From: Octopus vulgaris | Lineage: Eukaryota | Assembly (NCBI GenBank): GCA_951406725.2 | Contig: OX597833.1 | Coordinates: 26,908,001-26,972,000 of the forward strand | Length of the DNA: 64,000 bases | Direction: 5' to 3' | Position numbers and translations under genes: made by a program | Shown here: piece by piece, positions 44,180 to 56,945 of the stretch | How the letters are laid out: every line of letters begins with the position of its first letter | How positions within the stretch are numbered: position 1 is the first letter of the stretch | The notes under the pieces: generated by a model | Database searches by the model: none | What the model was told of the DNA's origin: nothing | What the model saw: only the letters and a program-made list of their open reading frames with translations

Positions 44180-45120
44180 CTCAACCTGATAGTATAAATC
44201 CAAATATTCAGTTTACAGTGGAATACAGCAAAGAACAATTCCAATTTCTAGATACTTTATTTTTTAAAAGTCAACAATCAAATTGTAACCGATATTTGTC
44301 ATAAACTAACGGACTCGAAGCAATATCTTCTGTTTAGTTCATGCTACTTGAAACACATCAAAAGAAACATTCCTTTTGATTTAGCGAAAAGGATTTGAAC
44401 AATAGTGTTTGATGCAAATACTCGGGACCATCGACTTGAACAACGCTAGTCGAGAGACACTTTCCACTCTCACTTATAGAATTAAATGTGTCAAGAAAAT
44501 AGGCATAAAAATTCGAAGGGAAACAAAACGAGGCCCCAGACCTCAAAGTAAAAATACTGCCTTGTATATCAACACACAACCCTAGAAACAATGAGGCATA
44601 CAACACCATTATTTAAAATCTATCAATGCTTAGTAGGGATTGAAAGATTAACCCCATTCTACATACACATAAATACCAAATGTAAAAAAAAAAACACAAA
44701 TCACTAAAAAATCTACTGATAGATGCAACGGAATCAATAGTTAAAAACTGCAGACGTCCAAATTGTACAACATGCCTCAATCTACCGAAGGTTTCGGAAT
44801 TCCATTTCAAAAAAAGGACAGGGATTCACAATAAAGACCAATTTCACTTGTAAATCCGAAAATCTAATGTATGTGATAAATTGTTCAGGTTGTGGATACA
44901 ACTATATCAGCCAAACAAGGATGTCACTTAGAACTTCACGGCATGTCAGATCCGTTTCCCAAGTTATAGTCAGATACCATTGAGTCAACACACAGAGAGA
45001 TGTTCAGGATAACTCCTACCAAACTTCATAGTTTTTCCAATTAACAATTTTTATACAAGAAAGATTAAATAACAAACATATATTTATTGAAAAATACAAA
45101 CGACGCCAGAATATGAACGC
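44180..45120 (+). pseudogene. Decayed PLE (Neptune-like): RT thumb, Cys-rich linker and GIY-YIG
   Basis: SINPNIQFTVEYSKEQFQFLD; TDSKQYLLFSSC..HIKRNIPF; CRRPNCTTC; FTCKSENLMYVINCSGCGYNYISQT; many stops and frameshifts. Confidence 0.85.
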
Positions 45121-45734
45121 AGAGCCAATTTTGTTTTTTGTAAATATTTTTATTCATGAACGCGCTAAGCACATGCAACCACCGCTTTCTTCGCACATTC
45201 AAATTCTACCACAAATCCAAATGCCTAAACTACTACACAGTATATTTCCACAATACCCTTTAGTTAATTCCTAGTAATCTCATAAATTTATAAATCCTTA
45301 TCTGATCCCTCCTTCAGACTTGAAGATCATAATCATTTAATTATATATACGTATGTATGTATGTATGTATGTATTTATGTATGTATGTATGTATGTATGT
45401 ATGTATGTATGTATGTATCTATTTATCTCTCTATCTATCTACCTATCTATCTATCTATGTATGCGTGGTATATGTACATATCTGTGCAGGTGGGATAATA
45501 CATATGGATACACGTATTCATATGTGCGTGTATGTACATATATGTATGTATATATGATATATATATACGCGTACGTATATATATTTGAATGTGGCTAGGG
45601 ACAGGGCAGGGCGGTGGGGGTGTTACTGTTGCATTTAGCCCCAGGCGAACATCAACGTCACCAGAAAGGCTTGACACCATCACGGCGTCCTCTATCCTGC
45701 AAAGGGAGATCATCCACCGAAGAAGCAGAAGCCA

Positions 45735-45779
45735 CATACGGACCCAGGTTTCGAGGTGTTTGCCTCTCATCAACGTATG
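45735..45779 (-). ncRNA. Type I hammerhead ribozyme (UUGAUGA core)
   Basis: CATACG-TTGATGA-GAGG(CAAACA)CCTC-GAAA-CC(TG)GG-TC-CGTATG. Confidence 0.75.
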
Positions 45780-45987
45780 GTAGGCACCGCCCTTCGACGA
45801 ACGACTCTCTGTGCAGGATATTTATATAAAGATTTTCACGTAAATACATTTACTGGTGCAGGATATTTATATAAAGATTTTCACGTAAATACATTTACTG
45901 ATTTTCGAAATCAGTAAATGTATTTACGTGAAAATCTTTATATAAATATCCTGCACAGAAAGTCGTTCGTCGAAGGGCGGTGCCTAC

Positions 45988-46032
45988 CATACGTTGACGA
46001 GAGGCAAACACCTCGAAACCTGGGTCCGTATG
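45988..46032 (+). ncRNA. Type I hammerhead ribozyme (UUGACGA core)
   Basis: CATACG-TTGACGA-GAGG(CAAACA)CCTC-GAAA-CC(TG)GG-TC-CGTATG. Confidence 0.75.
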
Positions 46033-46269
46033 TGGCTTCCGCTTCTTCGGTGGATGATCTCCCTTTGCAGGATAGAGGACGCCGTGATGGTGTCAAGCCT
46101 TTCTGGTGACGTTGATGTTCGCCTGGGGCTAAATGCAACAGTAACACCCCCACCGCCCTGCCCTGTCCCTAGCCACATTCAAATGGCTAATGTCCCTTTT
46201 GTTATGGAGCAGTTACTGTCTATATCTCGTTTAGAGAATTATTATTGCTATATATATATATATATATAA

Positions 46270-46359
<90 letters not shown>

Positions 46360-46374
46360 ACATACATACATATA

Positions 46375-46406
<32 letters not shown>

Positions 46407-46639
46407 ATGATATCTATGTATGTGTCTTTGTGCATGTATTTGTCTCTTCATCACCGTTGATGTTTTTACGTCCCTGTAACGTAGCAGTTCCGCAAAATAC
46501 ACGATAGAAATAGAACTAGGCTTTAAGAAAATAAGTCCTGGGGTGGATTTGTTTGACTAAAAGCTTCCAAAGCATGGCCGTACTGAAACAAGTCGTTCTT
46601 CCCATCCCCAATATACCTGCATATATGTGTGTCTTTGTG

Positions 46640-46675
<36 letters not shown>

Positions 46676-46943
46676 GAGAAAGAAAGAAAGAAACAAACAA
46701 ACAAACAAACAAACAAACAAACAAAGAAACAAAGAAACAAAGAAAGAGAGAAAGAAAGAGACTTTGACAGATAGACAATCAGACAGAAGAGGTGCAATAT
46801 TTTCAAATACATTCATACAATCAGAACCGCTAATACAACGGCTTTTATAAACATTATTTTGCTTTAATAAATATCTACTCTACTACGTTCCTACTTCGCT
46901 TTTCTAGGGGAGAGGATTTTCCACAATTACCTTTCTTCTTCAT

Positions 46944-47011
<68 letters not shown>

Positions 47012-47149
47012 CATCATCATCATTATTATTGTTATTATTGCCTTTGTTAATGTTGTCATTTTATTATTACCTTTATGTGCGAGTGTATATATATATAAAT
47101 ACATACATATATATACACTCATACACATACAAGTATGTATGTGTGAAGA

Positions 47150-47760
47150 ATTCTAGTGATGTCGTTATTCTGGCTGGCAGCTTACGAAACTAAAAAACTT
47201 GTACGAATTAGCGACATTTACATTAATGTCTTAAACCAAAACATCATGCAAAAATCCAGAAAACCAAATGCAAATAATTACGAGGATATCAACAGCAAAT
47301 ATGAGTTCATATTCAGGCAAAAATTTGATAAAGAAATACAACCTGAATCCTACATAATTTGTAAGGATTATAAAGAAAATTTCACTTCTAACTCCAGTTT
47401 GAAACTTATTAAGCCTAATGTGCACGAGCATAAAATGGTCAGTAAATATATTACAAGCAGAATTACAATAAAAGTTGGAAATTGACTCGTGTACGATAGT
47501 GGAATAGCAGTAGAAATGTAGCATTTAAAAGAAAATGCCGTCACTCAGTTTAACATTTAGCACTCTTCTACAAATTCTCCACACAGGGTAATGGGATTTT
47601 TAGAAAGATATTTTGTATTATAAAAGATACTATTATTGATATTTTAACTCATCAGAAAATCCTTGCAATTTGGCAAGTTAATTGCATGGGTGAAATTTAC
47701 CAGTGAACCATATACTATCAACATGGGTGGACAAGATGACGCAGAAATTTACACGCTCAC
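47150..47760 (+). pseudogene. Decayed PLE reverse transcriptase (Naiad-like)
   Basis: AAYETKKL, YIICKDYKENFTSNSSLKLIKP, VSKYI, RKSLQFG..AWVK and INMGGQDDAEI resemble the ADKTRNLY / LKDHKENF..NP..RLINP / TMGSYDGAE motifs. Confidence 0.7.
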
Positions 47761-48440
47761 GATATAATACACCTAAGATATACTTAGATATTTTCTTAGT
47801 CAAGTCAATTCTCACAGAGGCTGATGAAAACATGCAACAGCCACTACATCAACGAGTACGGTAAGCTTATTGTGAGTGGTGGACGACTAAGCCGATCCTA
47901 GTGGGTTTGTTTCGAAAGGTGTGTGCAAGAGTGCAAGAGCACCCAACAGTACGAAATAGCAGCCTGTCAAATGTGTATGAGCTCCCTGTGTACCAACAAC
48001 ACCCATATCCTTAGAGAGGTTTGGGCGTCATCATGGTGACTATTGAGAACGATTTAAGTTGAAATGTGATTTATTCGCGCTTATATTCGAAACATTTGTC
48101 ATAGAATTTTTCTGTGAAGACGCCACGGCTATCTTAGTTACTCTTACCGAAAACATGCGAGAAACCATCAGAGAAGACTAAAGGTTTCTGCCTTATTTAG
48201 GCACAGACACAGAAATTTTACAGCAAAATGTATGAAAATCTTATGCATGCCAACAAGAATATTATTTCTCAAAGTCTTAGAAACGTAAGCCAGTGAAATT
48301 ATAATATATGATAGACCAGCTAATTACTAACGTTAAACCTCGGAGAATACTGGCTTCAAAGAGATTACTTTTATAGCCATGAATTTGCGTTATCAAGTAG
48401 TAGTAGAAACAAACAAACACACACACACACACACACATAT

Positions 48441-48472
<32 letters not shown>

Positions 48473-48784
48473 GCGTGCGTGTGTGTGTCTCAAATCAAAT
48501 ATTGTGCCCCGTTATGCCTGAAAGTTAGCAGTTAATAAAGCAGAGATCTATAAAATAAATGGCTTTAATGGTTCTGATATTCAAAGTGTTGATTTTGCAT
48601 TCCGGATCTTGACAACTAGTCTGATTTTATGTCATACATATGTGTGCATGTATGAGTGTGTGTGTGTGTGTGTGTCTGTGTGTTTGTGTGTGTTAAACTG
48701 TATTTGCATTCCAACACAGCTCTATCATAAACTCAAACCGCAACACGCCCCCCACCACCGCTATTCTTAGATATAGAGGTGTGA

Positions 48785-49290
48785 CTCCTTTCGGTCATGA
48801 ATGACCATGAGATTGCACCTAGAAAGTTACCCTCAGAGACACAAGTCTGGGCAAGGCTGTTCATGGAAGACTAGCGGTCGCCCACGCATAACAACTTCCC
48901 CTCTCCACGCCACCGATGTTATCTAAAGGAAAGGCAAAGGCCGATACAGCTTGGCACCACTGACGTCGCAGCTCATTTATTAACGTGCAAGTGGTTGAGC
49001 ACTCCACAGACAAGTGTACCCTTAACGTAGTTCTCGGGGAGATTCAGCGTGACACAGAGTGTGACAAGGCTGGCCCTTTGAAATACAGGTACAACAGAAA
49101 TAGGAAGAAATAGTGAGAGAAATTGTGGTGAAAGAGTACAGCAGGGTTCACCACCACTCTCTGCTGGAGCCTCGTAGAGCTTTAGGTGTTTTCACTCAAT
49201 AAAAACCCACAATACCCGGTCTGGGAATCGAAACCGCGATCCTACGACCGCGAGTCCGCTGCCCCAACCACTGGGCCATTGCGCCTCCAC
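48785..49290 (-). mobile_element. Family D tRNA SINE (48980-49290) joined to a family C 3' part (48785-48975)
   Basis: Minus-strand head ggaggcgcaatggcccagtggttggggcagcggactcgcggtcgtaggatcgcggtttcgattccc; downstream part matches ~33545-33735. Confidence 0.8.
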
Positions 49291-50981
49291 AGATATAGAG
49301 TAGTAACTAGTAATAACACGTAACACAGCGGTTTACAAACAGACAAATTATTACATCTGCATGATCATAATGAATGTCCTTATACATACAAAATATCTTT
49401 AGTGAAATCCCTTCATAGACGAGATTTAAAGTTTTCATTCAATAGACGAGGGCGTGATGTGAGGTAAGACGTTTGACCCCAAACCACATTGGCCTGGATT
49501 CAGTCCTATGGTGTGACAAGTGTCTTGTACTGCAGTACTACAGGCTTGTGAATGGAACTGAAAGATTGATGGAACTGAAGATTCCAGGTTGATGGAACTG
49601 AAAGAAACCCGCCGTATATGTGTGTGCTTCTATTGCGTGTCTTTGTGTTTCTGCCCGCCCCACCTCTCCACTGCTAGACAACTGGTTTTAGTTTCAGTCC
49701 CTTTAACTTAGCATTTCAACAAAAGGAACCGACAAAATGGGTACCAGGATTAAAAAGAAAAAAAAACAAGTTCTGGAGTTACTTTATAAAACCTTCAAGG
49801 CGGTACTCCAGCATGGCCGCATTCCAAACTTTAAAACAACTAAAAGATAAAAAATAAATTGAATAAGGAAATTTCACACGTAAAACAAATACAACAGTGG
49901 ATGCCCAATGTATGTATAGAATAGAACAAAGAGAAACGTAAAACATATTGACACCACAGATACTGCAGTTTACGTTTCATACTGAAAGTAAAACCGAACA
50001 TGTGTCGGCTGTGGTGAAAATTATCAATGACGTGGTACATGTCAAGTTCTGAACCTGCATTGGGCGGGAAGTCATCTGCCAACAGGAAGTACCTTGTGAC
50101 AATTGATTTTACTCTCGAATTGGCATGGAATCTCTTGAGACTGAAAAACTTTGCAACCAGGACGAAACCGGTTGCAATCTATTCAAATATCTCTTTTTGG
50201 GTACCAAACTAATTCTGGTGATATATGAATAGTGTGTGTACGTGTGTGTGTATCTGTGTGTGGGGGTGGGTGTGGGTGTAGGTGTGGTGTGTGCGTGCGT
50301 GTTTGTGCGTGTGTTTGTGTGAACGCGAGCTTAGAAATATATACCGAGGCATACTAGTACATACATACACACACACACTCACGCAACGAGTCATACAGAT
50401 ATAGGCTCCGTGTGAGTGATTTCCAGACAGAATCAGAATCGGAATATGAAGCCAAAGATGCCGAACGTACAACATAAAAGATTCAATATTTCTAAAATCA
50501 ATAATTCCATATACATAATTACACCTTGGCATACACCTTACATTCAAAATATGTGACACAATTTTCCTTGTTGCCATGCTTTCTTTGCTCAGATCACACT
50601 GTTCTCTTCTTTTATCAGAAATGAATATCTTGCAGCATATTATTGTCTTCATTTATGGTCTGAGTTCACAACATCTAATCATGTTCTTTGTCCGCTTTCA
50701 TCTTTCTTACTTTATTTTATTTTATTTCATTTTATTTTATTTTTTTCTCTTGCAGATGAAAATGAAATAAGCTACAAGTCAGCAAAGTCATGGCAGTGTG
50801 ATTAAGACATTTATTTGGCAACCAAGTTATTGTACTACCAACCAGTACATCCGGTTATTGAAGAAATTTGTTTCCCGACCACAAGGTTCAGAGTTCTGTT
50901 ATACTGCGTGGCACCTTAGACAAGTGTTTTCTATTATAGACTTGGGCTGACCAAAGACTTGATTTAGTAGAAAGAAGCCCG

Positions 50982-51480
50982 TCTCTATATATAAAACTGA
51001 AATGCGTTTTTACTGCTTGGATCGCTTTCAATGTCACTACGTCCCGTCCGATTCGCTCCAAAATTTACAGGGACATGTAGAATGAGGTGACGATGCCCGT
51101 GGGCTACCTTAGAAATCCCTATCTTAAAAGGTGTGGTTGCTAGAGGCCATCTTCCTCACTCACGCTATTTCCTACATTCTCCCCTAACTCCCCTTCATAT
51201 ATATAACTTTGACAATTCACTCCCGTTATTTAACGTATGTGTCTTCCTCAACTCACTCTCGCTATTTCCTCTCTTCCAAGAACATTTTCCCTCACTCTAT
51301 CTCTTAGCTTCCCATAACTTTCACTTATGTATCTGTCTGCATTCATACAGAGAAACAAATATTCCATCGCCATCGCCACCGCTTTCTATTGTCTACCTGT
51401 CAACGCGCCCATCGACCAAATACAAACAGAACACACCAACGAGCGTTTATATATATGTGTGTGTGTTCTATATATAAATA
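50982..51480 (+). mobile_element. Helitron-like 5' fragment
   Basis: Begins tctctatatataaaactga, followed by ccgattcgctccaaaatttacagggacatg, like the 56145 (-) copy. Confidence 0.45.
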
Positions 51481-51609
51481 TGTATACATAATGTATATAT
51501 ACAAAGTGTATATAACTGTATTTATGTATATTAAACTTTTTCATACTTTTTGATAGTTACGTAAAGGGAACTGGTTGCTTCTTTACACTTTTTGGGTGCA
51601 ACTTAGGTG

Positions 51610-52985
51610 CGAGACAGATAATTTTCTCTGTTAATTACGTAACCAACAGGGGTCTAACAGGGGGAAATTATGCTTAAACATGAGCGCAGCGCATGTGAAC
51701 ATCCGACGTGCTTTGAGTCGGGAGAAGAATTGAGCTGACGCAGACGTGTTGCAAACAAGGGATTACACGTGCAGAACAGAGGTGCATGAGTGCAATAGGG
51801 CTTGCTAGGCTGAAATACAGTGTACAGTATTGAATATGCCAGTGATTAATGCAGTAAGGTTGAGGCTGCCAGCCAGTGCTTGAGCTATTATATGCCTCGG
51901 TCGTGCAGGAACAAAAGTGTGGCATGCTGGCGCGTTGTAAGGGACAAACAACTTCCTCTATGTATGCGTGACCGACCTAGGGTCTTACAGAGATGAGTTG
52001 TGTTTACAAGGGCACATTGAGCATGGAAAACAAGCGAGAAAGGCATGTGTGGCGTATGAATGTGACAGAGATAGCATTTGTGTGTGTATTAACTATGTGT
52101 GTTCGTGTGTGCGACAGAAGTACAAACAAGGTGTATGCGGGCAAAACAAAATACAGCGCATAGGAAAAGTCTCTCAGGGTATTTCAGACAAGATGGAGTT
52201 AATTTACCAGTTCGTAGTAAAGTACATAATAGCAGTTCGTTCTGTAACAGGATGTTCGGATCACAAGTGCAGATGCCGGTTGAACACATGTCGTGTAGCG
52301 GTTGTGGCTTCAATGCTGTGCCAGGTTACATTGGTACAGAAGATCTCGCAGGTAGTGCTGTGCTGTTAACCTCGGTGAAAATCATAACAGCGTGAAAGCT
52401 AAACCTGAATGAGTGCTATGTACATATTAGTGTTGCTGGAGATGAAGGCGACGGAGATGGAGACGACGTGAAGGTGAAGGACGACGATGTTGATGGCGAC
52501 GGCAGAGAAAGGCGACGTTGAGATGAAGGCGTCGGTGGCGTTGCTGGTGTATGTTAGTGTCATCATTGGCTGGAGCAGGAACATGACTGGCTGGTCTGGT
52601 CGTCTGTCGCTGGAACTGGAACATGGTTGAGTAAGCTCTGTGTGGATGAAGACTGCGGCGGATTGATTGGTTCAGACTAGGTAGAAACTAGATTTTAGCT
52701 AAGTGTTCAATGGTCTATGACCAGAACTCAGGAAACTTGGTTGAGTGTTCTATGGTCTATGACCAGAACTCGGGAAACTTGGTTGAGTGTTCTATGGTCT
52801 ATGACCAGAACTCGGGAAACTTGGTTGAGTGTTCTATGGTCTATGACCAGAACTCGGGAAACTTGCTTGAGTCTTCATCTTATAAAATGTGGCACCAGTA
52901 GACCCAAATGAAATCGGGTTATATTAACCAAAATGTGAAAAGGGGTCTAAATGGGGCTGGAAGGGGATTAAAATTTAAAGGAGCG
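51610..52985 (-). mobile_element. GC/CpG-rich ~1.35-kb insert, possibly a solo LTR
   Basis: Composition shift relative to the flanks, TATA-like ttttataag on minus at ~52880, internal tandem repeats, no long ORF. Termini and TSD not established. Confidence 0.4.
52703..52872. repeat. 42-bp minisatellite, 4 copies
   Basis: Unit agtgttctatggtctatgaccagaactcgggaaacttggttg; copies nearly identical. Confidence 0.95.
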
Positions 52986-53561
52986 GGTGTTTAGCAATTC
53001 TCTGTTACATCAAGCTAAAAAATTAGCGCCAGCCTTTTAATCGTCAATGTGTTGCCGTCCATGATGAAGAAGTTTTGAATGATTGCCATCGTGAGTCTTC
53101 TGTCGTGAGAAAGAATCAATTCAAAACTTGGTTTTTAGGGATTTTCTTTTACATCAAGTTCAAAATTTTACGCCAGCCGTTGAACTGTCAATACGTTGCT
53201 GTCCGTCGTTAAGAAATGCCAGCCATGGTGACTCTACTATCCTCAAATTCTATCCCTTCAAACTTTGGTTTCCAATATTTTATTATTTTTATTCAGCTCG
53301 CAAGTTCGTCTGTCCCTTTTAAATGTTAGTGTTTTGCAGTCTGCCTTGAAGCAGACCTTTCTGTTGTTACTGCCTGACATTTATGATTGATCTTTCTAAA
53401 TATTTTATTTCTCAACTTACTCAAGATCTTTTGTTGTTTATAAATGGGAGAGAGATAGATAAAGATAGAGAGTAAGAGAAAGCGAGGGAGAGTCCGAGAG
53501 AAAGGAAGAGTAAGAGAGTGGGAAAGTGAGACAGAAAGGAGAGAGAAACAAAGACGGAGAA

Positions 53562-53860
53562 TCATCATCATGATCATCATCATCGTTTAACGTCCGTTGG
53601 ACAGTTTGACAGGGTTCTGGGAAGCCAGGAGGCTGCACCAGGCTCCAGTCTGATCTGGCAGTGTTTCTACAGGTGGATGCCCTTCCTAACGCCAACCATT
53701 CTGTGAGCGTAGTGGGTGCTTTTTTCGTGTCGCCGGCACAGGTGCCAAGGGGGCTGGCAGCGGCCGCTATCGGTTGGTGCTTTTTACGTGCCACCAGCAC
53801 AGAAGCCAGTCAAGGCGGCGCTGCAATCCGCCACGTTCGGATGGTGCTTTTTACGTGCTG
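53562..53860 (-). mobile_element. RTE-related SINE fragment with (GAT)n tail
   Basis: ggatgcccttcctaacgccaacc (reverse complement GGTTGGCGTTAGGAAGGGCATCC, an RTE-associated motif); internal ggtgcttttacgtg repeats. Confidence 0.65.
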
Positions 53861-54018
53861 AAAGGAAGCAACAGAAAGTAACAACCACACTCTTACGCGC
53901 GCGTAAAGCGGGTCACCTTCAGCTAGTATATATATACCAGCGACAACTACGAGTTTCCCCTTGTTATTTACATCCATTTTCTTCTACTATATATATATAC
54001 ATATATATATATATACAT

Positions 54019-54082
<64 letters not shown>

Positions 54083-54713
54083 GGAAAGGTGTACGAAAAT
54101 AAACAAAAGATACACAGAAAAAAAAACAAGGAGAGAAAAAATGCGTGTAGGAGCTAACGATCTATCATATATGTATATGTATTTCTATGTATGTATGTAT
54201 GTATGTATGTATGTATGTATGTATGTATCTACATACATAGACACATACATGCATACATATCTATATCAATATATACGACGTTCTTCTTTCCGTCATCTAA
54301 ATCCACTCACAAGGCTCTGCTCGGCCCGAGGCTATAGTAGGAGACACTTGCCTAAACCCATAACCATGTGATTAGGAAGCAAGCTTCTGACCCCACAGTT
54401 ACGTCTGCGCCTGTATATATATATATATATATATATAAAAGATTTAATGTTTATGACATATTTCTACTTCTAAAGGCAAATTTACTTTAGTTCTCGTTGA
54501 AGAAAACGTATCTCTTATGGTAAAAATGTGGAAAAACAATTATATCTGTACAGATTCCCGGATGCGTTTCTTACTCTTTAGTCTTTATCGAAGTGAAATA
54601 CCGAAGAGAGGCAACTCTGCACTGAATAAATTAGAGCCGTATTATTATTTGATTGACCGCGACGCATCCACATCCAAGTAAGTCTATATATATATATATA
54701 TATATATATATGG

Positions 54714-55505
54714 AAAAAAGTCAAAATAGAAAATGCTAAAATTATTTTATAAAAAACATTTCAGTACCGGTTTTAGTCATTGTGACTTTTTCAACTGATT
54801 TTCAATTAAACAATTAAATGTAGAAAAATCAAGAGAAAAGTTTTTTTAAAAGAATATTTGTATAATGTTCAAATACAGGTAGCATTTTCCTTGTTTCTGC
54901 CTGCCTCTGTCTCTCTTGTTTACTCTTCTGGGTTCGAGGTCGTTGTGAATTCTTGGTAGGGAAGAAGAACAATAGAAGAATAAAAAGAAGAAGGATGAGG
55001 ATAACACCTACGCAAATTTCATAAACAACACATTCAAAAGAAATATTTTTATGAACTGAACAACTGTGGGTTAGCGCAGCTGACAATTCAACATACTACT
55101 CTCATGGCACTCCCATATTCTTCTTCTTCTTCTTCTTCTTCTTCTTCTTCTTCTTCTTCTTCTTCTTCTTCTTCTTCTTCTTCTTCTTCTTCTTTTCTTC
55201 TTCTTCTTCTTCCTCTTCTTTTTCTTCTTCTTCTTCTTCTCTTCTTCTTCTTCCTTACCAAGAATTCAAAACGTCCTGGAACCCACAAGAGTAAACAAGA
55301 GAGACAGAGGTAGGTAGAAACAAGTAAAATGCCTCTTGTATTTGAAAACTATACAACTATTCTTTTAAAAAACTTTTCATTTCATTTTTCTAAATTTAAT
55401 TGTTTAATTGAAAAACAGTTGAAAATGTCACAATGACTGAAACCGGTACTGAAATGTTTTTTATAAAATAATTTTAGCATTTTCTATCTTGACTTTTTTT
55501 TTCAT
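54714..55505. repeat. Inverted pair (~250-bp arms, ~290-bp spacer containing (TTC)n) of family 3 hammerhead tails
   Basis: ~54714-54965 is the diverged reverse complement of ~55250-55503; hammerheads at 54762-54797 (-) and 55416-55451 (+). Confidence 0.88.
55416..55451 (+). ncRNA. Minimal hammerhead, U3-A8 variant
   Basis: CAG-TTGAAAA-TGTCA(CAA)TGACT-GAAA-CCGG-TA-CTG; ACCGGT palindrome, GUA triplet; first stem II pair mismatched. Confidence 0.62.
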
Positions 55506-55533
55506 ATATATCAACTCGTGTGTTCCTTTTCAT

Positions 55534-55646
<113 letters not shown>

Positions 55647-55762
55647 TATACATGCATAAATATATATATATATACAAATATAGAAAGATATAAATCTATA
55701 CATGTATTATATATACATGTATAGATGTATATGTTTGTATATATGTGTTTATGTATGTCTAC

Positions 55763-55815
<53 letters not shown>

Positions 55816-55849
55816 ATGTGTGTGTGTGTACATAGTGAAACTAATAGAA

Positions 55850-56145
55850 ATGAAACTATTAAAACTGAAACTATTGAAAGTGAAAGCATATGATAGTGAA
55901 ATTATTATATCACGTTACAACAGGGATGTCGTTTCATTTTTCACATACAATACCGAAACATTGTAAGAGATTGCTCCGGGCTCGCATTAGGCAAGAAGTT
56001 GAAACGTTTTGGGGTCATGGACATGTGTAAGGCACGTGTAAAATTTGAATTAATACGGTTGGGTAGTTCTCGAGTTTTAGTGAAGCACACATACACACAG
56101 ACAGCAGGCAGACAGACAGACATTCTCAGTTTTATATGTATAGAT
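55850..56145 (-). mobile_element. Helitron-like 5' fragment
   Basis: Minus strand starts TCTATACATATAAAACTGAG, then (TGTC)n; homologous to ~34500-34890. Confidence 0.6.
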
Positions 56146-56549
56146 GCCAATTAAAGTGAATACAGAAATTGATACAGTTGCATATTCATATTTCTGTTTA
56201 TTTTTTGTTTTTTACAATTAATTATACAGCATAATTGGTTTAGATATGACCAATTATGAAACAATTTTACTCTGTAATTAACCGTAAAAATAAAAATAAA
56301 AATAATGCAGATACACCAGCCTCTGTATTCATTGGAATTATCTTGGATTTACCCTCCCTAAAATATTCATAATCCAGTGAATCGAAGCCAGGATTTACCC
56401 ATCTGATAAAGTACATCGGGATAGCTCACCCTAAGTAAGCCTAGGTGCTCATAATTACTGGTTGCGGTTAACCTGAACTCGGATTATAGTACGTACCCGG
56501 ATTATAGTACGTGCCTGTACGTACCCGTCTGGATAATTTATCCCTATAT

Positions 56550-56945
56550 AGGCGCAGGAGTGGCTGTGTGGTAAGTAGCTTGCTTACCAGCCACATGGCT
56601 TCGGGCTCATTCCCACTGCGTGGCACCTTGGACAAGTGTCTTCCTCTATAACCTCGGGACGACCAAAGCCTTGTGAAAGAAGCCCGTCGTATATATTTAT
56701 ATATAGATGTATGTCTGTGTATATGTTTGTGTGTCTGTGTTTTCCCATCTCCCCCCAAATCGCTTGACAACCGATGGGTGTGTGTTTACGTCCCCGTAAA
56801 TTAGCGGTTCTGCAAAAAAGACCGATAGAATAAGTACTAGGCCTCCAAAGAATAAGTCCTGGGGTCAATTTACTCGAGTAAAGGCGGTGCTCCAGCATGG
56901 CCGCAGTCAAATGACTGAAACAAGTAAAAGAGTTAAAGAGAGATA
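56550..56945 (+). mobile_element. SINE family A, near full length
   Basis: ggcgcaggagtggctgtgtggtaagtagc ... ccagcatggccgcagtcaaatgactgaaacaagtaaaagag. Confidence 0.88.

Larger units (their letters stand above)
45583..46248. repeat. Near-perfect fold-back (arms ~275 bp, centre ~45906) of a hammerhead-bearing element (family 4)
   Basis: 45583-45904 is the reverse complement of 45908-46184, with about 3 substitutions and a 45-bp duplication (45811-45855 / 45856-45900) in the left arm. Confidence 0.95.

Noticed and set aside
46138-46220. Twister-like motif (UAAC...GUCCCUAGCC)
   Set aside because: Could not build P2/P4 or the pseudoknots; only a closing acagtaac/gttactgt stem and one hairpin are present.
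45447-46269. Mirror-image ORF pairs (63-108 aa), also at 59403 and 59761
   Set aside because: A consequence of the palindrome or tandem duplication; frames are not conserved between subfamilies.
50138-50175. CTGAAAA...GAAACCGGTT hammerhead-like motif
   Set aside because: Stems I and II do not pair; at best a heavily decayed copy.
50730-50810. Strong splice acceptors at ~50755, ~41770 and ~25889
   Set aside because: No convincing donor or recognisable peptide; T-rich tracts followed by AG are common by chance here.
52703-52872. CRISPR-like array or MVYDQNSGNLVECS repeat protein
   Set aside because: Contiguous units with no unique spacers, eukaryotic context, no cas genes.
51608-53009. TG...CA LTR termini
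   Set aside because: The right end falls within a 144-bp tandem duplication and the flanks (ttagg / tcaag) are not a convincing TSD.
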